DNA of 64,000 bases. It comes from Fimbriosthenelais zetlandica (lineage: Eukaryota). Both the position numbers and the translations under genes were made by a program. Shown here one piece after another: positions 37,401 through 50,893 of this stretch. Location: positions 39,122,001-39,186,000 of the forward strand of contig OZ365110.1 of the NCBI GenBank assembly GCA_977030845.1, written 5' to 3'. Each line of letters begins with the position of its first letter. Positions within the stretch are counted from its first letter, which is position 1. Below the pieces are notes generated by a model that had not been told where the DNA came from, did not search any database, and was given only the letters and a program-made list of their open reading frames with translations.

Positions 37401-40400
37401 AGTACCTGGAAATGATATCCACGCCAAAGGGCACAGCAGGGCATTCTGCCACAAATATGCTGTGATCAAGGAGAAAGTTTCCATTCGTGAAACTGTTGTC
37501 TGTGGGGGAGATAATCGCGAGGAAAATGTGTACGTTTCGACTCAAAATTCAGTGGAAATACAATTGATGAGATACAACACACCCAAAAAGGAGGTTTACT
37601 TTATGCTCAAATTCGAAGGTAAGTCACTTTGTATAAGTTTTGTTAATTGGTTCTCAATCATAGATGTACAACCTTCAGAGAAAAAAAGAGATCCAAAGAA
37701 CAACCATAGGAATTTCCGATACATTATGTGTATAATTGGCAGTGCTTGTATGTCTAAGAGGTTATCCAGTGGAGATCAATTGTGGACCCAGTTGGATCCA
37801 TGACTTGTATACTGAAAGAAAGGCCCAGCCTTGATTCGTAGACCTTTGTAAGGGGAAAACAAAAGAAGTGGTGGATGTTCTTTCACATCCACCCAGCACC
37901 TAATCAAGCAAGCCGCAGAGAGGTGATGGACACTGGGCTTTGAAGTCGATCAAAGCCTCTGATTCTGGTCTATATTGAATCTTCACATGCCTTAGAGATC
38001 TGAGGTTCGTTCCCGCTGACGCTGCCTCTTCACAGAAACTACCCTGTGATTTCTTAATCTCATACTGATCGCATAGGATAGTGTCATCCATTGAAAGGGA
38101 CTTGATTTTTTGCCTCTTTAGACTCAAGGAAGAAAAATGCTTTAATCGTTTGTGGCTTGCAGCCCACCGCTTCTGTAGATCTATATGATTGTATTTATGA
38201 ACTATAAAAGCATAGGGTATATATATAGTTCTTTAACATTTCTAATGCCTTTTAAAACGTCATGGTGCTATGTTTGCTATAAGGGTGTGGGACTCATTCT
38301 TCTGAACAGGTTTCATTGCCATTGCTTGGAGCTAACCATGTCATGCAATCTATCATTTTACATTCTTTTCAATGAACATAACGTGTATTTACAGGCACTG
38401 TGCAATTACTATCATTAACGTGCATCAGCGGTAGATATAATTCACACCTTACTGATGATAACAATAATGTACCACCTACCTGAAAAAGAACAGCTTTTGT
38501 TCTGCCGTCGAACGACTTGGCATAATTGGGAGAAGACAATGATGTCATCAAGTTTCTTTTGCCACATAACGTTTCCATTCTTCCAGCTGTAAAGATCAAT
38601 CATTTCACTGACTTTCCATCTCCAGCGATCGGATGTCCGGTCTTCATACCGCCCAAGGATGGAGTAGTGGAGCAGATTGGCACCAGTCTGATCGTTACTT
38701 GCAATCACACCCGCGAGCGATCATACCTACGGTGTAATGGGAAAACGTGGGTGGGTGAACTCAAGAGCTGCTCACAATCTGATGGTATGTATTAGATTAT
38801 AGCTAGTTTTTCTTCCCTCGAAACAATAGAATATTAGCATTAAAATGTTTAGTATCCAGGTACTGACTTTAGCATAATGTCTAATGAAAATCTTCTGAAC
38901 CTACAATTGATATACTATATATGGGACAGTAATTTCCCTTGCTTTGGTTGAATTATGATTTCACTTGGCATAACCTTTTCATCAGAGCTGATTACCTATC
39001 AAAATCTCATGTTAATACATATAAACAGGAGTGAACGATGTCACATGTACCTTGGACAGTTATTGGTAAATCGTGGGTGGGGGGAGGAGTACATGAATCG
39101 AATAGGGCCACACAACATAAGACTTGGGTGAAAAGACCAAGATCAAGGTGCATGCTAAGGACGTATGCCCTATGGATTTTAAATCGACTCGGTCTTGTAA
39201 TAGTTATACGTACTACTCATGCCATAATGATAGTGTACCGAATTCTTTAAGAATGAAAAAAACAGTGCGTGTTATCATCCTTTAACCATTTCTACCCTAA
39301 TTGAACCAATAACAGACATTTGCATGCAATGGATTCAGAGAGGCTGCACCAAGTTGTTAAATCCCTGATCAAACAAAAGCTTTTCCCCATACCTACCTGT
39401 GATTGATCGATAACCTTCAATGATTTGGGCAACGCAAGGAATAAATTTACTCGAATTGGGACAATTTTATGATCAACCAGCTCTAGGTGAGAGTGAAGCT
39501 AGCTGTCTAGACAGTCTGCATGCATGGTGTTTATGTGTGAACTTGGATCTGATAGCAATACACCAGCCACGTATAGATCTTGGTATAGCGTGTGTGGAAT
39601 ATGGTCCTCAGTATAAGGTAGTCTGATCACATTGACTGTGATGGGGAAATAGGGTGAAGTATGCCATCAGACTGGCGTTCATTCATGAATCTCAGATTGT
39701 TTACAAATGTTGGAGACATCGCATTTCTATATAAAACAAAATAACTTCGATTACCCTCGAGTACCATCTGGGGGCGGGTGGTACAGAAGCAACTATTGAA
39801 TTGGTGTGCATTTCTTGGATAATATTTGGGGTATATTTAGAGCATATTATATAGAATGTCCATCCCCTCTCTCCCCTGAAAGAGCAGAGGCCGGTTGTTA
39901 AATGTTACGGTTATTGCGGTGGGCAGTGGCAGTGGGCAGCAAAGAAATTGTAAAAGGCCTATTATCGGAGCTCTGTACAAAACCAGAAACTTTACAAAGG
40001 TTCTTAAAGGTGAAAATCCTACCCATGGAACACACAAGAGTATGGCTACACTACAAATTCTCCAGTAATCTATAGTGTAGAACTGATAAATTTTCTTTGA
40101 AAAATAGATCAATTTTAAGCTATCTTGTCATACGAGTTTCCAATGCTTTTTGTGATATAATTAAAACTACGGTATCAGGAGCAGATCAATGCTTTTTAAA
40201 CCATATCAGAGCCTGGTCTAATCCTGCTGCTGGCACTGAAGGATTACAGACCCATAGATCATTGACATTAGACCTTGATTGAGATTGATTTAAACAGATA
40301 ATGCTGCCCCTGAAGCACCCCCCTCTCCAGGCATAGATAGGTGCGAAACAGCTTCAGGGGCAGATCTATTTTTTCTAAGTGTTGGGGTGGGGGTGGTGCA

Positions 40401-43400
40401 GCCGCTTGTAAGCCCAAAGGAAATTATATTAGAGTGACAAAAATCTCCAAAGGTAGTCATGACCCCCTGGACCTCCCCGCTTAATTCGGCGTTTGCATAG
40501 AAATAGCAGCTCAAAGCTAGATTATTGTATATAAACCTATACAAATAATAAGTGGTATATAATTTCTAATATATAGTATATTATCTAGTATCTAGGATAT
40601 CTTAAAACTTGAATACTGTATAAATACTCATGTATGCCTACATGTCCCAAACCATGCATGCATGTCAGTTTCCATCTTCCCCATCTTTCCTCCCAAGGCT
40701 TCCTGAAAGTCAAGCTTCTCCCAACCAAATTGAATCCAATCAAGTCATTTGAAAATTCATAACACTTTAATCATTGTTGGTCTAAACCTCATCAGAGCCC
40801 CCGTCCATACAATTACTGGTCATATGAGGCGAACTGGCAGCGTAGAAAATTCCCATTTGCCTTCGCTTTGTGTCGCTCCACTGCCAAAAGTGGTCGCGGT
40901 GCCTCAGACTGGCGGCGCTTTTTTATTCAAGTGGAAATGACGGGAAGCAGTGGGAACCCTCCCTGATTGGCGTGTCGTAATTACTTTATACTCTTGATTG
41001 ATCACGGCGTGAATAAACCATAGACCTCTGGGCATCAAGTGAGGGGAGGAAAGCGACAGGGACAGGGCGAGGAGACAGAAGGGCAGGTCCCTACACGTGG
41101 AGGTTGATGGACAGGCGACCAGAGAGCATACCGCCATTATTCGAAAATATACAGGGCTCGGGTTGAAATGGGGTTATAAGCATTGCCATTCAAGGCCATT
41201 TTTTTTAAACAAATATTATATCTAGTGGAGACAACATTAATTATAATTGCTTTCTTTCTTCCCTCTTGACCACTAGCTGACCACACACCCTGTCATATAC
41301 TGGCAAAAGGTTAGGTTGTATACTCAGTTGGGAGAGGGGACAGGAACTAGTGATTTTTTTCGGGGGGGGGGGGGGGGGGAATGGGAAACATTGCGTTGGG
41401 GGCATGGCCACCACCCTGCCCTACGCATTTTTCGACAGATAAAAGCAAATATCATAGTAAATAGTATAGGTAAATATGAGTCAAATGTTAGCCAATGTTG
41501 AGATTTAAATAAATTAAAATATGAACTAAACTTGTCACTTTTCTCATAGCTCTGCTGAAAACATTGATTAAAATATCAAGGTATTTAGGAGCAGACTTAA
41601 GTGCATTGACAAGAAAATGGGAAGGGGATGTTTCTACTTGGTTCAGATGTTCGCTGACAGATGGCAGTATACATCCTACGCTAGGCAGTCTTGAGCCTAC
41701 ACAGGCGACTTCCGATTTCATTTCTCCACTGTTTTAAAAATTATCCCACGCCGTTCGTAAATATTTGCTCATGTAACATTCGCAAATTTTGACACGCCAG
41801 TTGTTTGTACTGTTACCGTTGAGAGTGGAAACTGATTGTAGACTTTCAAATGTCAAATTCAGAGACCCGGACAATATAAGTAGACTAGAAATTGTAGAAT
41901 ATTTTAAAAGGTGGGACATTTCCTTGGGAAGGCATTGGAACTTATAATGAGAAAATTATTATAGGTTTCAACATTTTGACAGGATTCCAAGCACAAGCCT
42001 GATTGACAATAACCTCAGTCCTAGATTTGTGTATAGGTTTCAAAATGAAAATATCACATTTATGATAAAAATTCTGAAGTTTCTGAATCGTTTTTATGAG
42101 TATTAAATAAGATTCTAACATAATTCTAATCATAATTGATATTATATTCAGACATAAATGTTTCCCGCATATTCTATGACAAGAAAAATACCAAATTTAT
42201 GATGAAATCCTTGCTAATTCTCCCTAAATTTTGCATTATTTCTCTAACACAGATCGCTTTGAGATCGCTTGCTCATAATAGGAACACCAGTGCTAAGTAA
42301 AATTCATGGAACATTAATACAAATTGACACCAAGCAGGTGTATGCTTTAAAGTATGTAATAAAGTACCGTGTCTCCATCGGGACTGGATACTGCAGTGAT
42401 AGGGAGCTGATAAGTTAGCTGTATCTATAGGCGTGGGTAATTGTGTTCTGAGGCCCCTGGATCGACTCCAGATGAAGTGGTCTCCACTACTAGCATGCTT
42501 GAGCCCCTTTTAGATCTTGTGTTGGGCACTCTTTGCAGTGATTCAATAGGCTCTCGTTCCCCAATGCTCCACTATACCAAGTCTATCTGTGATTCATATA
42601 ATGTCTACCCTTCCAGGAATATAAATCATGGCAAAGTGTATAGTCTGATACAATTATCTTGATATGGATATTAATATAGAAATGGGTTTCATGATATGTT
42701 TAAGGAAAAATGGAGGGGAGTTTCAGGCCTAGGAAACCGAAAGGATAACTTGAGAAAATAGGGGAAACACATTACTAGTCAATGCTGGAAGAAATGATAG
42801 CTAACTAATGGAAATCCATTCATTCATTATAATTACGTGTATTATACGTAGGCCTATAATGCGCAGCTATGTATGCATGGTATATAATAGAACTGTCTCT
42901 CATTCATGAAAGGGAAACTGCTTTCAGCTTTTCAGAAAATACATTCCTTTTAATTTTGTTTTGCCTTTTTATTTTGCAGAAGTTGCTGAGGCATATTGGA
43001 CGGTCATTGGAGATGACTGGTCGTCCCCTTTTGGTGGGTACCCTCTATTTTCCTTTAATAGAAAGAATTTTAGTGTATCCTCTCTAACCCTCTTCAATCA
43101 TTTCCTTTACATTGAAAACTGTTATAAATATATAAATAGAGCACTGGCTTTAGGGACTTTTGAAGAAAGAGTTGGGGATAGATAACTGATAGATCCATGC
43201 ATAATTCAGTGATACACTCGATCTGCACCTGATCATAGACGGGATAGTCTAATCTTCATGCATTATGTTATGTAAAAAAAAAATCCTCTCAATATCTGAG
43301 TGTACGTTGAACCCTTTATAAAATTAAATCAGTAAATTTAAGTGTGTAGCGAAATATTAATATTGAAAGACACCCTCAAATGTCTTCTCGTTAACCTTTT

Positions 43401-46400
43401 CCCATAGCCTTCTCCCATCCACACATGGTAGATAGTTCATATAGCTTTCAAGTGGTGGCAGCACATGCTAACCAGAGACCTGTCCCCTTTTATGTTTGGC
43501 ACTCCATGTTTGCTACTCCAGCGCCACACTCGGAAAACTTTGAACTAAATTATTCAAGGCAAATTCAAGCACTTTCCACTTTTAACAGACATTTTTGTGA
43601 AACTTATTTTCGCGGAAAGTTTTGTTTCATCTAAATATCTTTAAATATCATCTGAATACTAGGGTTCATACCAAATTTAAAAGAGAATCAGATTGAACAG
43701 ACATAATTTCTTCCTTTCCTTTTTTCCTTCTAGCTGCCACGTACCTTTAAGTTTAACCGAATATAGATTTCTTAATGAAAAACATATTTCTACTTAAAAA
43801 AACGGTTTGAATAGACTGCTTGGTGTGGGCCAAGTAAATGAAAGATCATGCCCATGATATAAAATAGATATGTTTCATACAGAAAGCTGATATTTCTAGT
43901 AATGTAATATATAAACTACATTATAATCTGTTTTTCTGTGCTCGACAACGGTCTTACTACAGTTACATGCGCGGATTCACGCCGGGGGGGGGGGGGGGGG
44001 GGCTTGCTTGACTTTTTCCTTTTGCAAAGTTTGAAATGGGGGCTGAGGGAGAGATTTACAACCAAAATAGAAGCCCATGCACGGATCCTCCATGGAGTTA
44101 AAATTAATGAGACAAATCAATTTCAAATAATTTCAGTAGAGTTTTACATAAATGGTCAAAGTAAGATCAATTAATTGTTATTCCATTGTTCTGGTTGAAA
44201 TATTGGACTTTGGAAAGAGTATTGCCGTATATTCCCGTTGCACAAAGGTGAGTTGGCCATAGGTCATACAAAACAATAGCCTGGATATCAAGTGACATTT
44301 GACAAACACTGACTATAAGATGTCCGTCATAAACAGGTCTGGGGCCTGTTTTAGAATAAAAATGCTCCAGATCCGGTCATAGAATTATACCATAGGCCAA
44401 CAGCGCTTCTTTTTTATGAGACGTGCCCCAGGCTGGATCCTAGAGGAACAAGGAGGTGTTTTATATGATGTGGAGGGAACGTGCTAGGACCAGGCAATGG
44501 TATATTTACTGTCCCACTAACCTCGCAACAACCAATAAATGTTTTTCAAAAGACGACCACCGGAGGGACTTGACTCCCTACTGTTGTCTTAGAAGAAACC
44601 GTTACATTTTATTTTTCTATTTTACCCGAACTTAAGCAACAAGTCCTACCAGTCCCTCATATTAGTATGAAGTCAGAATAAAATATTTGGGATATTAAAT
44701 TTACATAATATTATATAATATTTATGTAATCAAATATCGAGACATGCGCAGTGGGTTGTGTAATGTCAAATATTATACCGGTACGCGGTTCATAAAGCGT
44801 TTGTCCCATAAACTTAGTTCAGCAAATTTATAGCAGTAAAAACATGTTAACGCTGCAATGGAGAATGCACGTTAGGAATTTTGGACTTTTTAAAAGGTTG
44901 AACTCTAGCGTTATCGTTCATCGATCTATTTAATATCTATACCAATTTCTCAACAACAAAATGTCACTATGATACTTAAAGTGTACATGGGAATGATTTG
45001 TGGAGTTCTAGCTTTGATTTTAAACATTTAAATTTAAATCTGTCTGTTCATATATGTATGGTGGGTGGGGGTTGACGGGGGAGCAAAATATCAGCTATGT
45101 CTAGAGCCGTCTAGGATATTCCTCTTAAGAGACATGCAACCATGCAGGGGAGAGTACTGAGGACCACTGAGTTCCGAAAACATAAACCTTTCTGGCAGAA
45201 GGCTAGGATTTAATCATTCGCATGACTTCTATTCAGTGTCAAGTTCGTCCCCAGGCCACATATCAGTGAGGTGCAAAACAAGTGGATGTCTGACATTTGT
45301 CCGAGAGTAATTTTACTATACATGCTCCTAATGGAAACAGCACATTACACCGACATTTTGCAAAAAGTCTAAATTTATACGCAGCTCTACAGTTAAACCC
45401 GAAATTATCCATACCCTTGTCTTTTAGAAAAGGTTCATAACGCCATTTAAGGGAAAAAAACACCCTCTGGTTTAAGTCCAAATTAAAAATATTTAAAGAG
45501 CTTTATTCAGATTTCCATCGCCTATCTTACTTACGTCAGAAGTTATTAAGAAAGTTAGAGAATTATCAACCAACTCATATTTCTGGCGGGGTGCAAAAAT
45601 AGGGTTCACTTCATGCATTTTATAAACATGTTCTAAAGGGAACATGTTCTAACCCCCACTGGGGTTTCTTTGTGGGTTAGCCCAAATGTAAAGGGACGAT
45701 TTTGAAAGTCCCAGATAGCATCTGACCCCAGCTGCCCCTCCTGTCTTACACAACCTTTCGGCTCGTGTATTTGGGGTACAAGTAAATAAGGCAGAAGACA
45801 TGTCTCCTCATGGGGGTTGTTTAAAAGACCATATTTTGCAGGTCGCTTAACAATGTTAAGTCTATCTATTTACCATCTTTTTATTCTTTCTCTTAACGTC
45901 TCTTAATCAAGACGGATCCAAGATTTTTCCAGGCTAGATGTGTTTTATTACATATTTAAGTTTCCTTCTTTCCAGCAGCACATTAATCACAATACTGTTA
46001 TGGGAAAGGGAAAGGATAAGGCTTTTAATACGGACAGCTTTTAGGCCTAATATAACCTCCCATTTTTAAATTTGGAGTTAGGCAAATTAGCTACTAACCG
46101 CTCAAACCGCCCATACCCCCACCCCGGACTCACCCACACCGATCCGCCACTGCAAAGTATCCCTATAAACACAGGGGACTATCTATAAGTGATTTGTTAT
46201 TTGGAGGAAATTATTAGGAATGAAATTAGCCATAAATTGTCTTCGACACTCAGCATTGCCATGAAGTGAGAGTTGGTCAAATACAAAAGTCCACAACGGA
46301 TCTCATAAGCAAACAGTTTTAGGGCCCACAATAGAGTTTGTAGGGTTAGATCAACACTGATATAATGCCCAAGGCGCTTGGCAGTAAAGTTACTTGAATG

Positions 46401-49400
46401 GATAGTCAATGGACAAACATGTTAAGCCAACATTCTGTAAAATTGTTCAACACTTGTGTGGCTCTTTTCAGAAGGTGCGCCACAATAAGACAATATCTTG
46501 GGTGAGGCAATTAACACAACTTTTATGAAACGATCCTCTGCATCCCGAAGATATGTCTGAACTATCTGTATCTTGATTCAAGAAAAAAAGTCTAATGTCA
46601 CACATTCAAGAGACAATGATAAAATACTTTTTAATTGCATGATTTAAGTGTTTTGTACTTTTTAAATTCAAAGCCCATTTTAGATAAAGCTAAACAAACT
46701 GCATGTAACTATTTCATTTCAGGTATTGCCATTTTTGTACTTCCATTTACACTTCGTTATTTTAGTATTTTTCATGAGGCCTATTCTAAAGAGAATTTAA
46801 GGCAATTGCGAGCTTTAAATAGATGGTCTGGTGTTACAAATGAGGTTGCCTTGAACTATCTTTTTGTAAATACAATTGGCAACACATAATTAAAAGAAAG
46901 TACGTCTTTGACACTTTACATTCTGTACTATACTCTGCCCCTATATCTGATGCATGGACAATGAACTACTACAAGTTAAAGACCTCGAAGTCGAATCGTA
47001 ATCATATTGTCTGTCATAGACTATATCCTTTTTCACTTAGCCTGTATTATTTCATTTGCGTATAATGCTTAAGCATAATTACCGACAAACCAGATAATAT
47101 ATGCTGGATCACATTGTAAAGCGGCCGTGCCGAATGGTGATCAGATGTTCAAATAAAAAAAAATATCTTAGAAGTATAAATGCAATCATATCAAATTAGC
47201 TAAAGTATCTAAACAACTTTTTGGATAGATTGGCCAGTTGTAGAGAAGGTTTGGGACATATATTAGATATAGGGGACAATTGATTCTAAAGGAGATGACC
47301 CATATAACCTCTATAGGTCTGTATAGCATTAGGCAGACCTGCTGCGCGTCTATTGTCCTCAGGATTTCACCCGTGTCCATGCTGAAGCAACTTAAGAGTA
47401 AACGATGGAAGCACGGAGAATCACCTCAAACAAACATCCCGCTTCTGATCTTAACTGTACATAGTTGAGTGGAACTGGCAAAAAAGATCATACATCTAGG
47501 CTACGCCTACACTTAGAATGGAGATAAACTAAACAAATAAGAGTTGTCTTGAGGTATTAGAATGAACAACCGTTAGAGGGTTCTTATGCAAGAGAATTCC
47601 TCTATTGCATCATAAAAAGTCCCAAAATACACAGGTGAGGGAAAGGGGGAGGGGCGGAGGGACCAAGGCCTTCTACTTCTTACTTTGGCCATATATAAAA
47701 TAATTATTATGAAAACCGACCCCCAACCTTGCCCCCCCCCCCCCCCCCGCGACCATTGCACCTCTCGCGACACAACTGAATTTACTATATGAATACACTT
47801 AGGGAATTTCATAATAAAGATGCGCTGCATAAGCCAATGCTCGTGAATCTATGATTGATGTAGCGCGTCCTTTTCTGTAATGACCCAAATCCAGACAGGT
47901 ATTTAAAACAGGGTTATAAATTTTAAGTAGACTAGAGAGCATGCATGAAATTGTCAGTTATTAGTGGCTTTATAACCAAGATACATGATATATATCCAAA
48001 TAAACCACTTTTGGCAAACATAGTGTATAGTGTGCAAACATTGTACATAACGTTGGTGTGCACATCGTATAAATGGATCCTTTGTTATACAGAAACTATC
48101 TATAGAAAAAATGATTAAAATACCACTAAGAAGATTAGGCGATTGAAGGTTGGGCCTTGGAGCATTTAAATCCCATCTGCAGCAGGTTCAACATAGGTTC
48201 AGGGAACGCGGGGGGGGGGGGGGGGTGTTGAAAGGATTATCTAGAATTCAGAAATTTAAAGAAACTTTACTATGGCGTTCGAAGAGATCATTTATTATGA
48301 CATTTTATTTATTTTTCTGCTCTATTTATTATGACATTACAGTCAGCAGCTGTCCCCCAACCCACAATTGGCCACCTTATAGCATTCTGCTCCCACCTGC
48401 AGTATAGGATGAATATCTATAGATACTGGTCACGTCTGGCTGGAGAAGAGCAATGCTTTATACAAGACCCTTGGGTGATACAGTCCCTGATAAAAGAAAA
48501 CATTAAAAGTTTGACCTTTACTAAAAGGCCAGTGTTGAGGCTAAGTTTTGAGGGAATCTGAATCCAAAATAACTGTAAAATTTTACTCTCATAAATGCAA
48601 AAAAATTAGGGGCATTTTATCTATATCTATATCCATGAAATCGCATGAAAAATATTTGTATGTGATGCCCCTTTGGCATTATTGCTAAATCAAGACCGGC
48701 TTTTCATAATGATAATAATATTAGTTAATTAATTTCAATAAAATGTCCTCTTTTGCAGGTATTCTTATCGTCACTGCTATGGGCGTTGCACTAGGGCTTG
48801 TCATTGGTGTTATTATGCTGACCAGTGTGCTATTTTGTATCAAACGGTAAGTTTTTTTAACTGATCTAGACCTTCTAAATTATTGTCTAGACAGGGCGAA
48901 TCCTATTAAAAAATGATATAAGAAGTTGGCCCCTAAAATTACTATTTGAGCGACAACCATGGCAGAGGTTGGGCGGGGGGTGAGGGTGGAAGGGGTCCTC
49001 AAGACTCCCTGGATTCGTCCTTGTGGGTACTATTGTCATCTACATTGTATTATATAGCATGAACGTCACGCGGCCTTTTAAGGAGACACTTCCTGACCCA
49101 GCATGCATTCATAATCTCTAACGCACTGCATGTTCGGCACAAAAGAGACAGTGTTTCCTGTTAATTGGGCAATTGTATAGAGGCAATTTGGACATAATTA
49201 GACACTGAACCAAGAACAAAACCGTTTCCATGAAGAGGGCATGTTTTTTGTTAATTTCCCTCCCTGGATATCAAGTCGCAATTTGTCGACAGGTAAATTA
49301 GGAAAGTCCGTCACAAACCATAAATTTTCGTGCATCATTTGAATCACAGGAGAGATTCAGAGCAAATTGTAGTTTAAATCACTGCAATGCATCTCAATGT

Positions 49401-50330
49401 ATGTATTCATATATATGCAGGTAGATCATAGAGGAAGAATGGGATAATTATAGTCTAACTACCCACCCGCCTTGTGTATTTATTTTAATGGACCTTTTTA
49501 GTTCAGAACACCGACATGGTTCACTTGGGGTGAATAGAAAATGGTTGACTTGACTGTTGAGCCATCTGAGGTTAAACTAAATACATCTAGCCGGGATATA
49601 CAAAATGTGCATTGGTGGCAATTTAAGTTTGAGATTTTGATCACTTTCCAAACTTACCAAACTTTATTCCAAAAAAGTGTCCAACACAAAATTAACTAGA
49701 AGGATCGACAAATTATACAAATAGGAAATTAGGCATTTTAAATGCCAAATCTAGGAAGTATTCCATCTGAAGAATCAATTTTTTCTAAATTTTATTTCAT
49801 TTGTTTGCAGTAGAAACAGATGTATGGCTAGAAGAAGTCAGTACGCTACTTCTCCCCCGGAGAGTGAGGACGAGGAGCGCGAGGACTACACCACTCCATA
49901 TTGTAAGAGGAACTCGGCCGCCGGCCTAGTGGACCAAGTAGAACTGGTCAACCTCAACGCAGACGGCAACTATGGAGCGATGTGGAAATCCAGACCACCA
50001 TCCTACTCCCAGACAGGCGGTGGTCAGCAACAGCCTCCCCCTCCTCCCCCGCCCCCTCCCGGTGAAAGAGAAAGGTCCGACCCCCCTCCCCCACCCCCAC
50101 CTCAGCCTCGCCCACAGAGCACCCATCCGCACCCCCCTCCTCCACATCTTGCCGCACCGCTTTCTAAACTAGATCCTACTGGAGGGCCCCCCAAACCCCC
50201 ACCCCCACCGTGCAGTGTCAGTGCCAAGTTGACCGCTCTGACATCATTCAGACCACAGGAGGTCCATGTGTATGAAAGCCCCAAGTTTGTACGGAGAGAT
50301 GGAGAGACACTGCCGGGCTTGATAAGTTAA
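34433..50330 (+). CDS. Type-I membrane protein: signal peptide, SUEL-type (galactose/rhamnose-binding) lectin, CUB, sushi/CCP-like, TM, Pro-rich cytoplasmic tail (about 535 aa)
   Basis: Predicted coding exons: 34433-34514 (signal peptide, tentative; donor GTTAGC), 34598-34882 (SUEL: CQWETFNATC...ARYGRMQLGRC...C...CSGRRTC...RPCPKDFSSYLDASYIC), 37199-37618 (CUB: GYLSS...CPWIIRVDQGQRVNITLLDF...C..YAVI...VCG...FMLKFE), 38626-38784 (GCP...VTCN...LRCNGKTWVGELKSC), 42980-43033, 48759-48846 (TM: ILIVTAMGVALGLVIGVIMLTSVLFCI) and 49811-50330. All introns are GT-AG, phases are consistent, and the total is 1608 nt. Confidence 0.88.
41362..41379. repeat. Poly-G tract (G18), one of several long G/C homopolymers
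   Basis: Similar tracts at 43984-44002 (G19), 47732-47748 (C17), 48210-48225 (G16) and 61908-61936 (C29). Confidence 0.9.
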
Positions 50331-50658
50331 AGTGCAGAATGTAACAGAATTCTGACGTGAATTGTAGATCTATATATGCTTACAGTGTGAGAGAAAATCA
50401 AACTTGATGATACAGTATTGAGTACGTTTTCAAAAACTTTTCACGCTGATATGACACTTCTTCAGTGTCCATTTTACGCTATCTGTGTTTGAAAAATAAG
50501 TGTATTACTCAATTATTGTGGCTGTATATTTCAACTTAGTTATTTCGCACAGCAATTTCCAATGACACCCTCTGATCAATTTATACATTTTTGACATCCA
50601 TACCAGCATACGTAGATTTTCTCTGAATAAATGACCAAATCTGTGTATACCTCCGCTA

Positions 50659-50893
50659 TTAAAGCGGCTCCATCACCGATCTTTTCCTTGTACAGAAAAT
50701 CAGATTTTTAGTTAATTTCTGGCAGTCATAGTGTGCGGCTGGCAACGTTAGGGAGAACTTACTAACCAGATCTGTCTGGTCAATGTTAAACCTATGATTT
50801 GGGTCGCACTGCAAATCTAGGTCAAACTGACATAGATTGCCTTTAAGTTGGACATACACAAAGCTACACAGATCGGTGATAGTGCAGCTTTAA
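50659..50893. mobile_element. Non-autonomous MITE with TTAA target duplication and AG...CT termini (Kolobok-like)
   Basis: Left TTAA|AGCGGCTCCATCACCGATCT (50659-50682) and right AGATCGGTGATAGTGCAGCT|TTAA (50870-50893) form imperfect terminal inverted repeats, about 227 bp inside the TTAAs. TTAA target duplication with RR...YY termini is the established Kolobok signature. Confidence 0.65.
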
